Below, piece by piece: positions 43,654-57,294 of a DNA stretch of 64,000 bases. The DNA comes from Saccharolobus solfataricus P2. GTDB taxonomy: Archaea > Thermoproteota > Thermoprotei_A > Sulfolobales > Sulfolobaceae. Below the pieces are notes generated by a model. The model was not told where the DNA came from, did not search any database, and saw only the letters and a program-made list of their open reading frames with translations. Within the stretch, counting starts at the first letter, position 1. Every line of letters starts with the position of its first letter. Location: assembly GCF_000007005.1 (NCBI RefSeq), contig NC_002754.1. The stretch is one strand, 5' to 3'. Made by a program: the position numbers and the translations under genes.

Positions 43654-46356
43654 TTATAGCGATTTTCTTACTATATCTATTATTTCTTCTTTACTCTTTT
43701 TACTACTTAGAATTACGTTTGCAAATGTACCTTTTCCTCCTCCTTTTCCTCCTCCCTTTAGTAATTCTTCTACTATCTTATCTACTCTCATATTTTTAGA
43801 CGTGGCAATTTGTAATCTATTATCAGAGATGGATATTGCAATAGTATTATCTGTGGAAGTTAATTTTCTTAGTATCTCCTTGTTTTCCTCCTCGTCATTT
43901 AATCCCTCTATGATATATATTTTATTACCGTTAATTTCGTAAGGCTTCAGACTATTTAGCAATTCAGTTTCAACTATTCTTCTATATTGGATTATTAAAT
44001 TATTTTTTTTCTCAACTTCATTAAGTATTCTTCTCAATCTGCTAGGTAGTTGATCTGGAGAAGTACCTATTATTTTCGAAGCTTCAGCAATTTTTGCTTC
44101 AGTTTCCCTAATATAGTCAACTAACGCTGGTCCCGCAACATATTCAAGTCTTATTATACCATCTTGTATTCTCTCCACGTTAATTATTTTCACGGCTCCT
44201 ATCTCACTAGTATTACTTACATGAGTTCCTCCACAACTCTCTATATCCCAGTCCTTTATCTCCAATAATCTGATTGTTGCAGAATTAGGTACTCCACCCT
44301 CATATATCGATACTCCATATTTCATTTCAGCTTCCATTCTGTTCATTTCTAAAGGTTTAACTGGTCTTCTATCTGATATTACACTATTTGCGTAATTCTC
44401 TATTAGCTTAACTTCTTCCTCAGTTAAAGCTTTATGATGAGTAATATCTAGTCTTCCCTTTTCTGGCGTTTTTTCAGCTCCAGCTTGCCATATATGGTCA
44501 CCTAATACTTTTTTAGCGGCTGCAAGTATTACGTGTGTTACTGTGTGATGTCTCATTAAACGATACCTTCTTTCCCAATTAATTTCCCCTCTTACATTAT
44601 CTCCAACCTTTATTGTTGATGGCTCCTCCTTTAGTACATGTATTATCACATCGTTTACTTTCTGCGTATCTACAACTTCATATCTTTTACTACTTTTTTC
44701 ATCAATTATGAGGCCAGTATCACCTAATTGGCCTCCTCCCTCTGGATAAAATGTGGTCTTATCTAAAATCAAGTAGTTCTTATAGATTCCCAACACTTTT
44801 CCTTCAAAAGATCTCATATACTGGTCTTTATAGTATAATTTTTCAGTTGGTTGTAGTGTAGTAATATATTCTAATAAATCCTTGGGCAACTTAACCTTAT
44901 CATATACGTTTTTGATTGTTGAGGTTTGGTGTCTCTTAGCTACTAATGCGTAAAAGTTACGCGGTAGTTCAAATTTTACTCTCTTTTTCTTTAGTTCCTC
45001 TTCTAGTAGATCCGGGGGAACGCCATTAGAATCGTAAACTTGTATTAAGTCTTCTGTTGTAATTTCGCTCTTTCTAGCTAAAGTTGAGGCTATAGATGGA
45101 ACTTTTTCCAAAATCTTCTCAAATCTCTGTTGTTCTAGTTCCACTGCGTCTAATATGTAATCTTTATTCTTTAATACTTGCGGAAAATCTTCTTTCCAGA
45201 AGCCTATTTGCTCTTTTACTAGTTCATACAGTCTTACATCCGATTTGAGTAATCTTAGTACTTTTAAGGCTCTTCTTATAACGAGTCTGCCAAGATATCC
45301 TTCACCAGAGTTGGAAGGAACTAGACCATCAGCTAGCATTAGCATTATTGTTTTCGTATGGTCTAAGATCTGAAATACCTTAGCTGCCCTATCTAATTCT
45401 TCTTCAACATTCTTGATATCAATTCCTAATTCCTTGCTAACCATTTGTCTATGAATTTTTATAGTATCTGGGTTATCTGGGTCTATCTTACCAGCAAATC
45501 TAGATGCTACTTTTAGTAGTGTCTCATCTATGTAAGCTACTCCTATTTTGTCAAAGAATTTGTATACTAAATTACCATATATCGCATGAAATGCAGAGGG
45601 AGTCTTTTGTGTTACCCATGCAATCCTTTCCACACCATACCCGGTATCTACAATTTTTAATTTCAGTGGAATGTAATCACCATTATCAGTTATCTTATAT
45701 TGCATAAATACTAATGTTGCTAACTCTAATCCACCTACTGTAACTTCTAGGCAAGGTCCGGCGTTTCCTCCTCCTTCCCACCACGACTCTTTGAAGTTTA
45801 ATTCCTCTTCTGGTATTCCTAACTCCTTTGTGAAGAATTCTGTGGCATATGCTGTCGTTTCGTCCTTCCAATACACATAACGATCTGGATAGTTGAAGGC
45901 ATGATGTGCGGCCATTTCGAACGTAGTTAAATGCCTTCCAAACGTTACTCCCACATTATCTATATCTTCTAATCTTATTGAAGGTTGTGAAACCACTAGG
46001 GGATTTGCGGGTGGAGGAACTAAGCCGCTAGTCACATGGGGCTGAAAGTCAACAATGCTCGCTATTGTTAAGTATAAGTCCTCTCTCCATCTAGCCAAAA
46101 CTGGTTTAGGAGGTATCCTTGTATGTCCTCTCTTCTCAAAGAATGAAAGGAATTTCTCCCTGGCTTCCTTAACTGTTAATGGTTGGCTTTTTATATTTAT
46201 GTCAAAAAAATAATAATCAGTACAAGGTATATCTGAACAATATTCTTTTTTATCGTCCTTGGTCCAAAATGGTGTTTGGCATGATTTGCATATTTTTCGC
46301 TTAAAATCATTTTTGATAAAAAAATTTAGTTTGTACTCCTCTTCACTAGCTTTCAT
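43654..46356 (-). CDS. alaS: Alanine--tRNA ligase
   Basis: [65 protein letters not shown]. Confidence 0.98.
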
Positions 46357-46559
46357 ACAATAAAAAGAAAAGTATCTAAAGCTTAAAAACTGACTCCTCT
46401 CGTAATTTAGATTCTAAAACAAATAGCCATTAAGATTTCATTTAAGATTTCCATGAGGAAGGGACTAATCCATAAATTAAATTCTGTATTATAAAAACAA
46501 ATTTAAAATGTGACTATTTCTCGGAAAAAGTGTTACTTTTATTATCCTTTGTAAGAATT

Positions 46560-46880
<321 letters not shown>

Positions 46881-46886
46881 TCTTAT

Positions 46887-46926
46887 TCACACTCCACATT
46901 TTTGTCTTAGGTTATATAAATTTTTA
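46887..46926 (-). promoter_or_regulatory. Internal promoter (A-run BRE + TTTATATA) and SD (GGAGTGTGA) for rpl12
   Basis: Minus strand AAAAATTTATATAACC at 46925-46910, about 30 nt before the SD. Confidence 0.65.
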
Positions 46927-47939
<1,013 letters not shown>

Positions 47940-47943
<4 letters not shown>

Positions 47944-48596
47944 CTTAACTCTACTTTTACTACCTTACCCATAGTAGTTTTTACATATATATTCCTTACC
48001 TTTTGGGCGTACCCTTTAGATTCTATTACGTTTAGTACTGCTAGTGCGTTTTCAGCTAAGTCTGCAATTTGCTGGCTTTCAGTGCCTATAAATACTTGTG
48101 TTTGTGGTTGATCTTTCGTCTTAACTAATGTTGATCTCTTAAATCGTAGTATATATTCTGAGATGTCTGCAGTATTTGGCAATGGAGTCGGGAATTTCCC
48201 TCTTGGACCTAAAGCTGGACCTAATATTCTACCTACTAAAGCCATTGAGTCTGGGGCTATCAGAAACCAATCATTTTGACGAGCTATTTTTTTAATTGCC
48301 CTCTTGTTCCCTTGAAGTTTTTGTAATTCTTCTTTGGTTAAAATGGTGTTAGGTTCGGCTTTCTTTGCGTACTCTAGTTGCTGAATAGTTGGGACTACTA
48401 AAACTTTCTTTGTTTTTTCCGGAGGCTTAGGCAATACTACTATTTCTCTTAATTTTAAGTCTCCCTTTTTCATGTCTACTTCTTTAAACGTAACTATTAT
48501 CTCTACGCTTTGGACAAAGTTTCTCTTAGGGTTGTTTTCGGGAGATAGTGCTAGCTTAAGAGAAGCTTCAAGATTACTTCTATCAACAATTTGCAT
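47940..48596 (-). CDS. rpl1: 50S ribosomal protein L1
   Basis: [33 protein letters not shown]. Confidence 0.98.
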
Positions 48597-48597
48597 T

Positions 48598-49110
48598 TTA
48601 CTCTTTCACCCCATTCCATTCATTCTCATATTTTGCTAATAAATCATCGTATTTACCTTCTTCCACTTCCTTTACTAGTTCTTTAGGGTCTCTATTATCC
48701 ACTGTTAGTCCGATAGACTTAGCTGTACCTAGCATACTTTTTAATGCAGCCTTTAACGATTTAGTAGTTAACCCCGGTTTTTTCATAATTGCTATTTTAA
48801 TTACTTGTTCTAACGATAAATTACCTATCTTTTTATGTGCGGGATCTCCAGATGGTTCACTAGCACCGGCTTCCTTTAATAATAATGCAGTAGTAGTAGG
48901 TATTCCGACTTTTATCTCATATTTTTTAGTACTACTATCGACTTCTATAGTAACTGGAACTGACATGCCTTTAAAACTACTAGTAGCCTCATTTAATTTC
49001 TTGACAACTTCTCCTACATTTAACCCTAACTGCGAAAGTGTTGGCGCTAATGGTGGTCCTGGCTTAACATTACCTCCTTCTACCATTATTTTTATTGTTT
49101 TTATGGGCAC
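48598..49110 (-). CDS. rpl11: 50S ribosomal protein L11
   Basis: [25 protein letters not shown]; GTG 49110 with GAGGTGA SD (track 49119). Confidence 0.98.
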   Translation of the reverse strand: MPIKTIKIMVEGGNVKPGPPLAPTLSQLGLNVGEVVKKLNEATSSFKGMSVPVTIEVDSSTKKYEIKVGIPTTTALLLKEAGASEPSGDPAHKKIGNLSLEQVIKIAIMKKPGLTTKSLKAALKSMLGTAKSIGLTVDNRDPKELVKEVEEGKYDDLLAKYENEWNGVKE

Positions 49111-49115
49111 CTTAT

Positions 49116-49574
49116 TCACCTCTTTGAGACCTTAATTTGATCTAGAGGAACTGTGACTTGTAATGGAAATGCTGATTCTAAAATATTTAACACTACCTCT
49201 CCTTTAGCTTCCTCAACCCTTATCACTTGAGCTTGAGTACCCCTAAAGGGACCAGAAATTACTTCTACTACATCACCAGGTTTTACAGTAGGACCTACAG
49301 TTTTTCTAGATACAATCTTTAATATTTCATCTCTAGGTAGTAAACCTTGTGCAAGACCTCTTGCATTCCTTATCCCAGCAATTAATGGTTTAACTATATG
49401 TAAACCCTCTGCCTCTAGAACTACATATCCTTTTAAATTGGGTGGAACAATTATTGCGTATATTCCTTTAATATTATTAGTTTTTATTCTTTCTTCCAGC
49501 ATTAAAGCTACATTTATTTCTTGCCCTCCAACCACCTTTATAGCATAATAGTTTCTCATATTCGGTTTTTCCAC
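49116..49574 (-). CDS. spt5: Transcription elongation factor Spt5 (NGN+KOW)
   Basis: [33 protein letters not shown]; GTG 49574 with GGGGTG SD. Confidence 0.96.
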   Translation of the reverse strand: MEKPNMRNYYAIKVVGGQEINVALMLEERIKTNNIKGIYAIIVPPNLKGYVVLEAEGLHIVKPLIAGIRNARGLAQGLLPRDEILKIVSRKTVGPTVKPGDVVEVISGPFRGTQAQVIRVEEAKGEVVLNILESAFPLQVTVPLDQIKVSKR

Positions 49575-49578
49575 AAAA

Positions 49579-49767
49579 TTACACCCCAATTAATGTCAAC
49601 GCAAGTTGAATTATGTAAGCTAATACACCTACTACGGCTAATACTAGTAAAGTAACTTTAAGGTTAAGTGAGAAAAAGTTTCTATCCGGTTTCCTCGCTA
49701 CTGTAATTATTCTATTCCAATCCTCTCTAAGCCTTCTGAACCAGTTAATTATCTTATTTGAACTCAC
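49579..49767 (-). CDS. secE: Protein translocase SecE / Sec61-gamma
   Basis: RIITVARKPD amphipathic helix + single TM; canonical position. Confidence 0.92.
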   Translation of the reverse strand: MSSNKIINWFRRLREDWNRIITVARKPDRNFFSLNLKVTLLVLAVVGVLAYIIQLALTLIGV

Positions 49768-49798
49768 AGTAATTTATAATTGGTTTAAGGTATTTAAG

Positions 49799-50870
49799 TT
49801 AACTGAATAATCTCTGAATGAACCATTCGGCATTAAATGGAATTAGATCATCATAAGCCTGACCTATTCCTAAATATCCAACAGGCTTATTTAATTCATA
49901 AGCTAACGATAATATTACACCGCCTTTTACATCTGCATCGACTTTAGTTAATATTACTAGATCGAATCCAACATTATTTTCGAAGTATTTAGCTTGCTCT
50001 AATGCATCGTTTCCACCTAGGGAGTCTAAAACTAATATTTTTAGATTTGGCTTTGCAATATTAACAACTCTCTTTAGCTCATTCACTAAATCAGTGTCAG
50101 TATGCATTCTTCCAGCAGTATCTATTAAGACTACATCTATACCCCTACTTTTAGCTGCACGTATTGCATCAAAAGCAACTGAGGCAGGGTCACCTCCATA
50201 TCTACCTTTAATTAAAGGTATCTCTAAGTTTCTTGAATGAACTTCCAACTGTTCTTGCGCTGCTGCTCTAAACGTATCTGAAGCTGAAATAATACACGAT
50301 AAGCCATTTTTTTTAAGCATATATGCAAATTTCGCAATAGTTGTAGTTTTACCTACTCCGTTTATTCCGAAAAATATTATTATATAAGGTTTTGGTGATT
50401 TTTTTATTTCTTCTAATACATTTATGGCATTATTCTTTGTTATTATCTCAGTGATAGATTTTTTCAGAGAATCCTTTACTATTCTTTCAAGATCATCGCT
50501 TCGTTTTACCTTTTTGCCGATTATGTTTTCTTTCAGATCTTCAAGAATTTTCTCAGTAACTTCAAAAGAAACGTCACTTTCCAGTAGCTGATATCTCAAT
50601 TCCTCTATGAAGTCTTCTATATCTTTCTCCTTAATTTCTCTATATCTAAAAACATCAAAAATACTTCCACCACTCTTCCTCTCTTCTTTAGTTTCTTCCT
50701 TTACTTCACTAGTTACTGATTGATCCGTTATGTTATTACTAGTCTGCTGTTGATTACTAATAGTTGTCTCTGTAGAAGGGATATTTTGTTCGATCTTTTG
50801 TGTCTCTTCTTGCTCTCCCTTTAATTTATCTACAAAATTAGAAAAAGCTTTCCTTATTTTATCAAAACAA
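49799..50870 (-). CDS. ftsY: SRP receptor FtsY with non-canonical initiation
   Basis: GINGVGKTTT, DTFRAAA, DTAGR, TKVDAD. Frame open to 50875 (..CFDKIRKAFSNFVDKL..) with no in-frame ATG/GTG/TTG upstream of 50599. Confidence 0.95.
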
Positions 50871-50871
50871 T

Positions 50872-51315
50872 TTATTCACCTTGTTGTCTCCTGGCAGCTG
50901 CTTGCTGTATTTGATTTAGTATGTCAACTATCTGATTATATGTACTAGCAGCTTTTTGAAGTTCATTATTTAGATCTTGGGCTGCCTTACTTATCTCATC
51001 CTTTCTCTTATCAAGAATCTTTATAGCTGAGTCTAGGTCCACTTCTGCATAATAAGATAAACCTAAATGAACAGTTACCTTATCTCCTATTATACCCCCT
51101 ACTTTTGCTAAAAGATATCCTTTTCTATCAATGAAGACTAACATTTCTTTATTTCCACTCTTCATCGTCTCTATCGCTTGTTTTGCAGAGTCTATTGAGT
51201 TTATCGACTCTAGCAATTCTAGTTGAGTTCTCTGCAATGAATCTATGTACCTTTTTAGGTAATCTGCTTGTGCTATTAATTCGTCTAATGTTATACCTCC
51301 TTGTCCTTGACTCAT
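50872..51315 (-). CDS. pfdA: Prefoldin alpha subunit
   Basis: Coiled coil - beta hairpins ([12 protein letters not shown]) - coiled coil. Confidence 0.93.
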   Translation of the reverse strand: MSQGQGGITLDELIAQADYLKRYIDSLQRTQLELLESINSIDSAKQAIETMKSGNKEMLVFIDRKGYLLAKVGGIIGDKVTVHLGLSYYAEVDLDSAIKILDKRKDEISKAAQDLNNELQKAASTYNQIVDILNQIQQAAARRQQGE

Positions 51316-51321
51316 CTTTCA

Positions 51322-51582
51322 TCACATTATAATTTTATCAACTTTAGCTAATTCTCTTATTCTTCTATCTGGAATTTCTTCTTCCTTTATTTCACTTATT
51401 TGCTCTATTTTTATGTTATATCGCTTTATCTTATTCTTGCTGCCAAAATGTGAATAAACGTACTCAATAGCTTGTTTTTCATTCAATGCTCTAACTATCT
51501 TTACAAATTTTCTCTTTTCTGGATAGTGGGATTCGCCAAATAGTGCAGTTCCTTTGACAAGGTAAAATTTTATTCCACTCAT
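51322..51582 (-). CDS. rplX: 50S ribosomal protein LX (eL20/L18a)
   Basis: [32 protein letters not shown]. Confidence 0.95.
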   Translation of the reverse strand: MSGIKFYLVKGTALFGESHYPEKRKFVKIVRALNEKQAIEYVYSHFGSKNKIKRYNIKIEQISEIKEEEIPDRRIRELAKVDKIIM

Positions 51583-51583
51583 C

Positions 51584-52255
51584 TCATTCACCTAATGCTT
51601 TTTGAATTCTTAAAATCTCTGGACCCGTAGTTGACGCGCCTACTAACGTTCCTTTATCGTTTGCGACTAGCCCACTTTTGATAAATACACTTCCAAAATT
51701 TACCGTGCCAATATCTATCTTAACTCCGAACAATTTTTCCAATTCTTTTAATTCTTTCTCACTTGTATCAACATGTACTAGTCCACCCTTATTTGTTATA
51801 ACTCCTACAGAACCTACGGTTATCATTTGAGCTATTTTCCCTCTTTTTATATCTTCAACACCTAAGGTCTCCTTTATTATCTTCTCTTCAATATCATTAA
51901 ATTCAGGGTAGATTAACGCGGCCTTATTATTTGCCAGTATTGTATTTCCTAGTGCAGTAACTTTTGAATTAAGAATCTCAACTCTGCAATCCCTTAGATT
52001 CTCCTTCAGAAATCTGAATTCATCATCAATTGTAGACTTAGGTAAAAGAATTCCGTTATCGTTACCGCTTATGAAAATACCTAAAAGAAAACTTCTGGAT
52101 ATTTCTGCTTCTAATAACTCCGTTCCTAATACTTGGGCAATATTTTCTTTTGTTTCGCTATCTAATCCTCTAGGTATGATTGTATATTTATTATTAGTAT
52201 AAATATAGACTCCTATATTATCTGTTCCAAAAACTGATAACCTTTGCAGATTCAT
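51584..52255 (-). CDS. eif6: Translation initiation factor 6 (aIF6)
   Basis: [39 protein letters not shown]. Confidence 0.97.
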
Positions 52256-52518
52256 CTACTTTTAATAGCTAGTCTCACAAGATATATTTTTTCTTCTATC
52301 TTACTAACTACTACTCTAATTTTACTTACTATTTTATCATTTCCGTTCTTTGATATTGATTTAGCTAATAGTGGATCTATTATTACCTTCTCCGCGTTAA
52401 AATGTCTTGCTACAACCTTTTTTATGAATTTTACTGCCCTTTTACTTCTACCAGTTCTCTTTCCAGTTTTTATTTTTCTTAAATTAATTATCATTTCAAA
52501 ATTATCTTTCTCTTTCAT
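52252..52518 (-). CDS. rpl31e: 50S ribosomal protein L31e
   Basis: INLRK..R.KRAVK.IK..V.RH. Confidence 0.95.
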
Positions 52519-52521
52519 TTT

Positions 52522-52677
52522 TTACACCTTTAGATCATTTCTCCTCCAATTTCTCCTTAAGGGATTGTATCTAACTCTTCCACGAGTCTTTAGAACTATC
52601 CATATTGGTATTGGAGAGTTCGCTTTTAAGGCTTTGGCTAATCTAAATTTCTTAGCTACTGGTTTATTTCTACTCAT
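52522..52677 (-). CDS. rpl39e: 50S ribosomal protein L39e (51 aa, below track cutoff)
   Basis: Manual translation [51 protein letters not shown]; ATGA overlap with upstream gene. Confidence 0.97.
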   Translation of the reverse strand: MSRNKPVAKKFRLAKALKANSPIPIWIVLKTRGRVRYNPLRRNWRRNDLKV

Positions 52678-53030
52678 TTCCATCCTCTCTCTCTTATTTG
52701 TATTTTGAAATCACGTCTGTTCTGTTGTGAAATCTGTTCCAATATTTGCTTTAATTCCTCATCTGTTATTGGTATCTTTATTCTTCCAGATTGTGCTAGT
52801 GCAATTAATTGATTTTCCAGCGATTCGGCAAATTCAGGCTTAACTAATTTTATATTTGTTAGCCTCTGTCGTGCCTCAGGTGTTAATATTACTCTTAAGA
52901 TTGACTCTTTTTGGGATTCTAATTCTGCTTTTCTCTTTCTCTCTTCTTCTATTCTTTTTTGCTCTTGTGCAGCTTTTCTTCTTAATAATTCTTCTAATTC
53001 TTCATCATCATATGAGTTTGGAGTTGACAT
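52674..53030 (-). CDS. PDCD5-family DNA-binding protein
   Basis: [31 protein letters not shown]...ITDE.LK.IL. Confidence 0.93.
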   Translation of the reverse strand: MSTPNSYDDEELEELLRRKAAQEQKRIEEERKRKAELESQKESILRVILTPEARQRLTNIKLVKPEFAESLENQLIALAQSGRIKIPITDEELKQILEQISQQNRRDFKIQIRERGWK

Positions 53031-53041
53031 CTTTTCACCCC

Positions 53042-53506
53042 TTATTCCAAGTATACCTTCAAAGAAGTATTATTCTCAGCCAGCTCTTTAAAGATTTCCA
53101 ACGCTAATTTATCTAATAATGACCTTCCTTTAGGACTTAAAGATCTTCCCTTATTCTTAATTTTTTGGACTAGCCCAGCTTTTTCTAATTGTTGAAATAT
53201 TAATCTATTTACATGACCAGGAGCTTTTACAAATTTTTCTGGTCTAGTCCCCCTTCTTTTTCTTCCACCGTAAATTGTTCTTGTTTTTTCTATTCCAATA
53301 ATTGAGTTAACGTAAAGTTTTCTTAGTAATGATGCGGCTCTTATATACCACCAATCCTCTGCGTTATCTGGTACTCTTTCCTTAAAGCTAGCTGTTTTAG
53401 CTAATAGTGCCCACTCTGGTGGATCTACAGTTTTCACATTCTCCTTTAGATATATTGCTAACCGTTTTATCAAAAGATCTGGAGGTACCATTTCAGCTGT
53501 TATCAT
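53042..53506 (-). CDS. rps19e: 30S ribosomal protein S19e
   Basis: [35 protein letters not shown]; likely ATG 53506. Confidence 0.97.
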   Translation of the reverse strand: MITAEMVPPDLLIKRLAIYLKENVKTVDPPEWALLAKTASFKERVPDNAEDWWYIRAASLLRKLYVNSIIGIEKTRTIYGGRKRRGTRPEKFVKAPGHVNRLIFQQLEKAGLVQKIKNKGRSLSPKGRSLLDKLALEIFKELAENNTSLKVYLE

Positions 53507-53576
53507 TATAAGACTCAATTACATTCGTAGTATATAAGGTTTAAAATTTATCCTTTTTAATAACATATGATCTCGA

Positions 53577-54740
53577 ATGGAGTTTTATATAGCCGATTTT
53601 AAGCAGATTAAGGAGGGTAAAGTCACAGATATTTATTTTGAAAGAACATTAAAGACACTAGAATATCTTGGGATTAAAGACGCTAAAGTAAGGATGGAAG
53701 TACATTCTTACGGTTTACCTAAAGGTTATGAATGGGCTCTTTTTACTGGTTTAGAAGAAGTTCTTCATTTGTTGGAAGGAGTGCCAGTGAACGTTTATGC
53801 GATGCCAGAAGGTACCTTATTTAAAGAAATAGAACCGGTAATGATAATAGAAGGCAACTATTTAGATTTTGGTATTTACGAGACTGCCTTCCTAGGAATA
53901 TTGAGGCATTATTCTAGCATATCTACTAAGGCAGCCAGACTTAAATTTCTTGCAATGGATAAAACATTATTTTTCTTTGGCTTAAGATCTCTTCATCCTG
54001 CACTAGCCCCTATGGCAGATAGGGCAGCTTATATAGGCGGCATGGATGGAGTTTCTGGTGCCATGAGTAAGGAATATCTAGGAGTTGACCCTTCAGGTAC
54101 TATGCCTCATGCACTAATGCTTATTGTAGGTGATAACGTGAAAGCCTGGAAGGCTTTTGACGAGGCTATGGGATCTGAAGTTCCTAGAATAACCTTAGTT
54201 GATACATTTGAGGACGAAAGAACTGAAGCCTTAAAGGCTGCAACTTTACTTGGTAAGAAATTATATGGTATAAGGTTAGATACGCCGTCAAGTAGAAGAG
54301 GGAATTTTAGAAAAATTATTCAGGAGGTTAAATGGACGTTAAAGATACACGGTTATGATCATGTTAAGATATTTGCAAGCGGAGGGATAGATGAGGACGA
54401 TATAATTAACCTTCGAGATATTGTTGACGGATTTGGGATTGGAACGAGTATAGCATTTCCTCCAAGTGTTGATTTCAGTGCTGATATAGTGGAAAAATTT
54501 GTTGATGGTAAATGGGTGCCTTTTACAAAGAGAGGCAAATGGCCCGGGGCTAAGCAAGTATATAGATGTGGAAAGCTAAATGATGTAATTACCCTTATGG
54601 ACCAAGAACATCCTTCTTCAGATTGTAAGCCTCTACTGCAAAAATATATGGAAAATGGAAAGATTATAAAACCTTTACCTTCTCCAAAAGAAATAAGGGA
54701 ATACGTGATTAAACAGTTAACTGAATTGCAGAGTAGCTAG
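53577..54740 (+). CDS. pncB: Nicotinate phosphoribosyltransferase
   Basis: [40 protein letters not shown]. Confidence 0.93.
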   Translation: MEFYIADFKQIKEGKVTDIYFERTLKTLEYLGIKDAKVRMEVHSYGLPKGYEWALFTGLEEVLHLLEGVPVNVYAMPEGTLFKEIEPVMIIEGNYLDFGIYETAFLGILRHYSSISTKAARLKFLAMDKTLFFFGLRSLHPALAPMADRAAYIGGMDGVSGAMSKEYLGVDPSGTMPHALMLIVGDNVKAWKAFDEAMGSEVPRITLVDTFEDERTEALKAATLLGKKLYGIRLDTPSSRRGNFRKIIQEVKWTLKIHGYDHVKIFASGGIDEDDIINLRDIVDGFGIGTSIAFPPSVDFSADIVEKFVDGKWVPFTKRGKWPGAKQVYRCGKLNDVITLMDQEHPSSDCKPLLQKYMENGKIIKPLPSPKEIREYVIKQLTELQSS

Positions 54741-55792
54741 CCTGTTATTATAATTTCTTTTTGATTCTCTATGCTTCTGTTAAATGCTATTTCGGTTATT
54801 GGCTCCATTCTTCTTATTGCGTTATATAACCTTAAGTTAAGCGCTCGCAATACAGCTATTAGGCTGGGAGATTTGACCTCTTTAAGCATTTCTTCTGAGA
54901 TTATAGCCTCAGTTATCAATACTCTTCTTAGTGTTCTTAATTCTTCCATCACTTCATTTATTAGTATGGTATCCTCTTTCGCTAGCACTTTTACCGCGTG
55001 GTCAATTACAGAAGAAGTTTGTTCTATATACATATTTATCTTATTCCATAATCTCTTCATTTCCTCAAGATCTGATGGATGTAAAGATAATAGATCTAAT
55101 GCTATCTCACTTATCTCATCGGCAGCTTCCTCTATTGCCTTTATTAAAATTCTATTTCCCACTATTTGTATTCTTTTAACACCTATCATATAGGCTAAGC
55201 TCCTATTCATTTGAGCTAATAGTAATTGCCTTAAAGCTAGATAATATAGTCTATCTACTTCCCTTTCTAATTCTATTACTTCTTGTAAGAAAGTTCTACT
55301 TGATTCTTTTATTCCGAGATCTAGGTAGTGAAGCATTTGTTTTATTGAATTTGATAATCTATTAATTAGATTATTCATAGTATACTTTGTAGGATCAAGA
55401 AAAGATTGTATTTGGATTGTATCTGTTGTCTGCGATACGATCTCTAATCCAATCAGATTCCTTATTGTATCTTTAACTTTCCTCAGTATATCCTCAGTAA
55501 AGATACCGCTTTTACTTTCAATATCTATCCTATCGTAGCCTAGGATGTATAATGAGTATATTACTCTGCTTACTAATTCACCTTGAACACTATCGTTTTG
55601 TATACTTATTTTCATCTCTTTTACTTTACTTTCTGCCTTTAGATTCGGTGGATATACTTTTAGACTACCATCCTCATCAACTTCTAGATATACACTTTCG
55701 CCTGGACTTAAAGAGACTTCTTTTACCCATTCTGCAGGTAGCGAAACCATAAGTGTAGATTTGCCGAACTTTTGAACTCTCCTAACTTCCAT
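54737..55792 (-). CDS. phoU: PhoU-family regulator with N-terminal SpoVT/AbrB DNA-binding domain
   Basis: [19 protein letters not shown]; [15 protein letters not shown]. Confidence 0.9.
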   Translation of the reverse strand: MEVRRVQKFGKSTLMVSLPAEWVKEVSLSPGESVYLEVDEDGSLKVYPPNLKAESKVKEMKISIQNDSVQGELVSRVIYSLYILGYDRIDIESKSGIFTEDILRKVKDTIRNLIGLEIVSQTTDTIQIQSFLDPTKYTMNNLINRLSNSIKQMLHYLDLGIKESSRTFLQEVIELEREVDRLYYLALRQLLLAQMNRSLAYMIGVKRIQIVGNRILIKAIEEAADEISEIALDLLSLHPSDLEEMKRLWNKINMYIEQTSSVIDHAVKVLAKEDTILINEVMEELRTLRRVLITEAIISEEMLKEVKSPSLIAVLRALNLRLYNAIRRMEPITEIAFNRSIENQKEIIITG

Positions 55793-55853
55793 TAAATACT
55801 ACCTCCCACTGTATCATATAGTTCAAAGTTTATAAAAGTAGTTTTATACTATA

Positions 55854-56849
55854 CTATACTACTTTTACCTCGGGTATTTCTCCAAACATCTTAGTTAATA
55901 CTGGGCTTCCATTAGTTGGTATCATCCTTACACCGTATGGTTTTCGTTTTGTATACTGAATATAATAAACTGATTTCAATATATTCTCATATGTAACTAA
56001 ATCTGAATATATACCAACCATGTCAATGCCTGCGACACAAACATAGCTCATTAGTAATAAATCCTTTAAAGTTAGGCTACCCTCCTTAACTCTCTCCCTT
56101 AAAAGATTGTCCTCTGCAATTGGCAACATTAATTCTGAAAAACCGATAGGATTTACTCTATTTCTCCAAACTCCCTCAAATATCTCCCTATTTATTTCAG
56201 CTACTGCTGATAAATTTGAGATATCAAACATTTTCTTACTTCTACTTTCTACAATTTCTCCCACACTACTTTCCATCCATGGCGATAATGACGCATCTAT
56301 TCCTAAGTACTTTATATTTAATTTTTTCTCTAATTGTCTCCCTATTGTATCTGCCTTTGATAAGGCTTCATTTATCTTTCCTTGTTTAAATTCGTCTACA
56401 TATAGTAAAGATATTCCAAAAGAATCATAGACTGTATTTGCGGAGGAAGTTGGAAAATAGGGGGTTAATAGAAAATCTTGGTTAAATAATAAGGCAAACC
56501 TAGAAGCCTCCTCTGGCTCCAGACTAATGATAAGTTTTGCTAGATCTTTCAGATTATCTGTTGTCTTTACTAATACATGGACGTAAATTCTTTTATCAGA
56601 TTTCAATATATCCTTGATTTCTCTTAATCTCTTATCTTTCTCTTGGAGATTTATTAGACTAAATATAATTTCACTATGCGTTGTAGGTAATAATTCTATT
56701 AGTTTACTTAAGCTTAAATCAATAGGTGTAGGTGGTAATGAGATCCTTTTACTCCATATATTGTTATCATTTAATTTACTTAGTTTTTCCGTATAATCAC
56801 TAATTTTTGAGTAGTTGGTAACGAAAATTGTTATCGCTCTTATCATCAT
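55854..56849 (-). CDS. DUF711-like protein
   Basis: MMIRAITIF, YFP, GIDASLSPW, GFSELMLPIAED..L, CVAGIDMV. Confidence 0.7.
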   Translation of the reverse strand: MMIRAITIFVTNYSKISDYTEKLSKLNDNNIWSKRISLPPTPIDLSLSKLIELLPTTHSEIIFSLINLQEKDKRLREIKDILKSDKRIYVHVLVKTTDNLKDLAKLIISLEPEEASRFALLFNQDFLLTPYFPTSSANTVYDSFGISLLYVDEFKQGKINEALSKADTIGRQLEKKLNIKYLGIDASLSPWMESSVGEIVESRSKKMFDISNLSAVAEINREIFEGVWRNRVNPIGFSELMLPIAEDNLLRERVKEGSLTLKDLLLMSYVCVAGIDMVGIYSDLVTYENILKSVYYIQYTKRKPYGVRMIPTNGSPVLTKMFGEIPEVKVV

Positions 56850-56892
56850 TTTGTTTACACTTTTATAATCTTTGTAGAAGTTTAAATTACTG

Positions 56893-57294
56893 ATGAGTAA
56901 GATTACTATCTTACTTGCAGATAATAATATAGATAAACTGTATCATGGTCTGGTGGTAGCTTTAGGCGCAAAAGCGTTAGGTTGGGATGTTAAGTTTTTC
57001 GTGACATCGCAAGCAGTAGTTCTTTTCACAAAGGCAAAGAAGGGAAAAGGGAAATTAGGTTTACCTTTTTTTGCCAGATTTTTTGTTAGGCTTCAAATGA
57101 AGAGGTTAAATATTCCAAATCCTGAAAAATTAATTGATGACGCAATAAATCAAGGTGTTGAATTTTTTGTAGATGAGGCTGGTTTAAGGCTTGTAAACGC
57201 TAGAAGTGAAGATTTATTAGAAAATGTTAAATTATCAGGAACTATAACGTTTATATTGGAAGCAAAGGAATCAGATGTGGTGATTACGCTATGA
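56893..57294 (+). CDS. DsrE/DsrF-like (DsrE2) protein lacking cysteine
   Basis: [35 protein letters not shown]. Confidence 0.8.
   Translation: MSKITILLADNNIDKLYHGLVVALGAKALGWDVKFFVTSQAVVLFTKAKKGKGKLGLPFFARFFVRLQMKRLNIPNPEKLIDDAINQGVEFFVDEAGLRLVNARSEDLLENVKLSGTITFILEAKESDVVITL

Noticed and set aside
49799-50599. Track's 266-aa ftsY starting at TTG 50599
   Set aside because: It would begin mid-helix in the N domain and discard 92 open, FtsY-like codons.
52244-52708. 154-aa plus-strand ORF
   Set aside because: Antisense to rpl31e and rpl39e, which explain the region.
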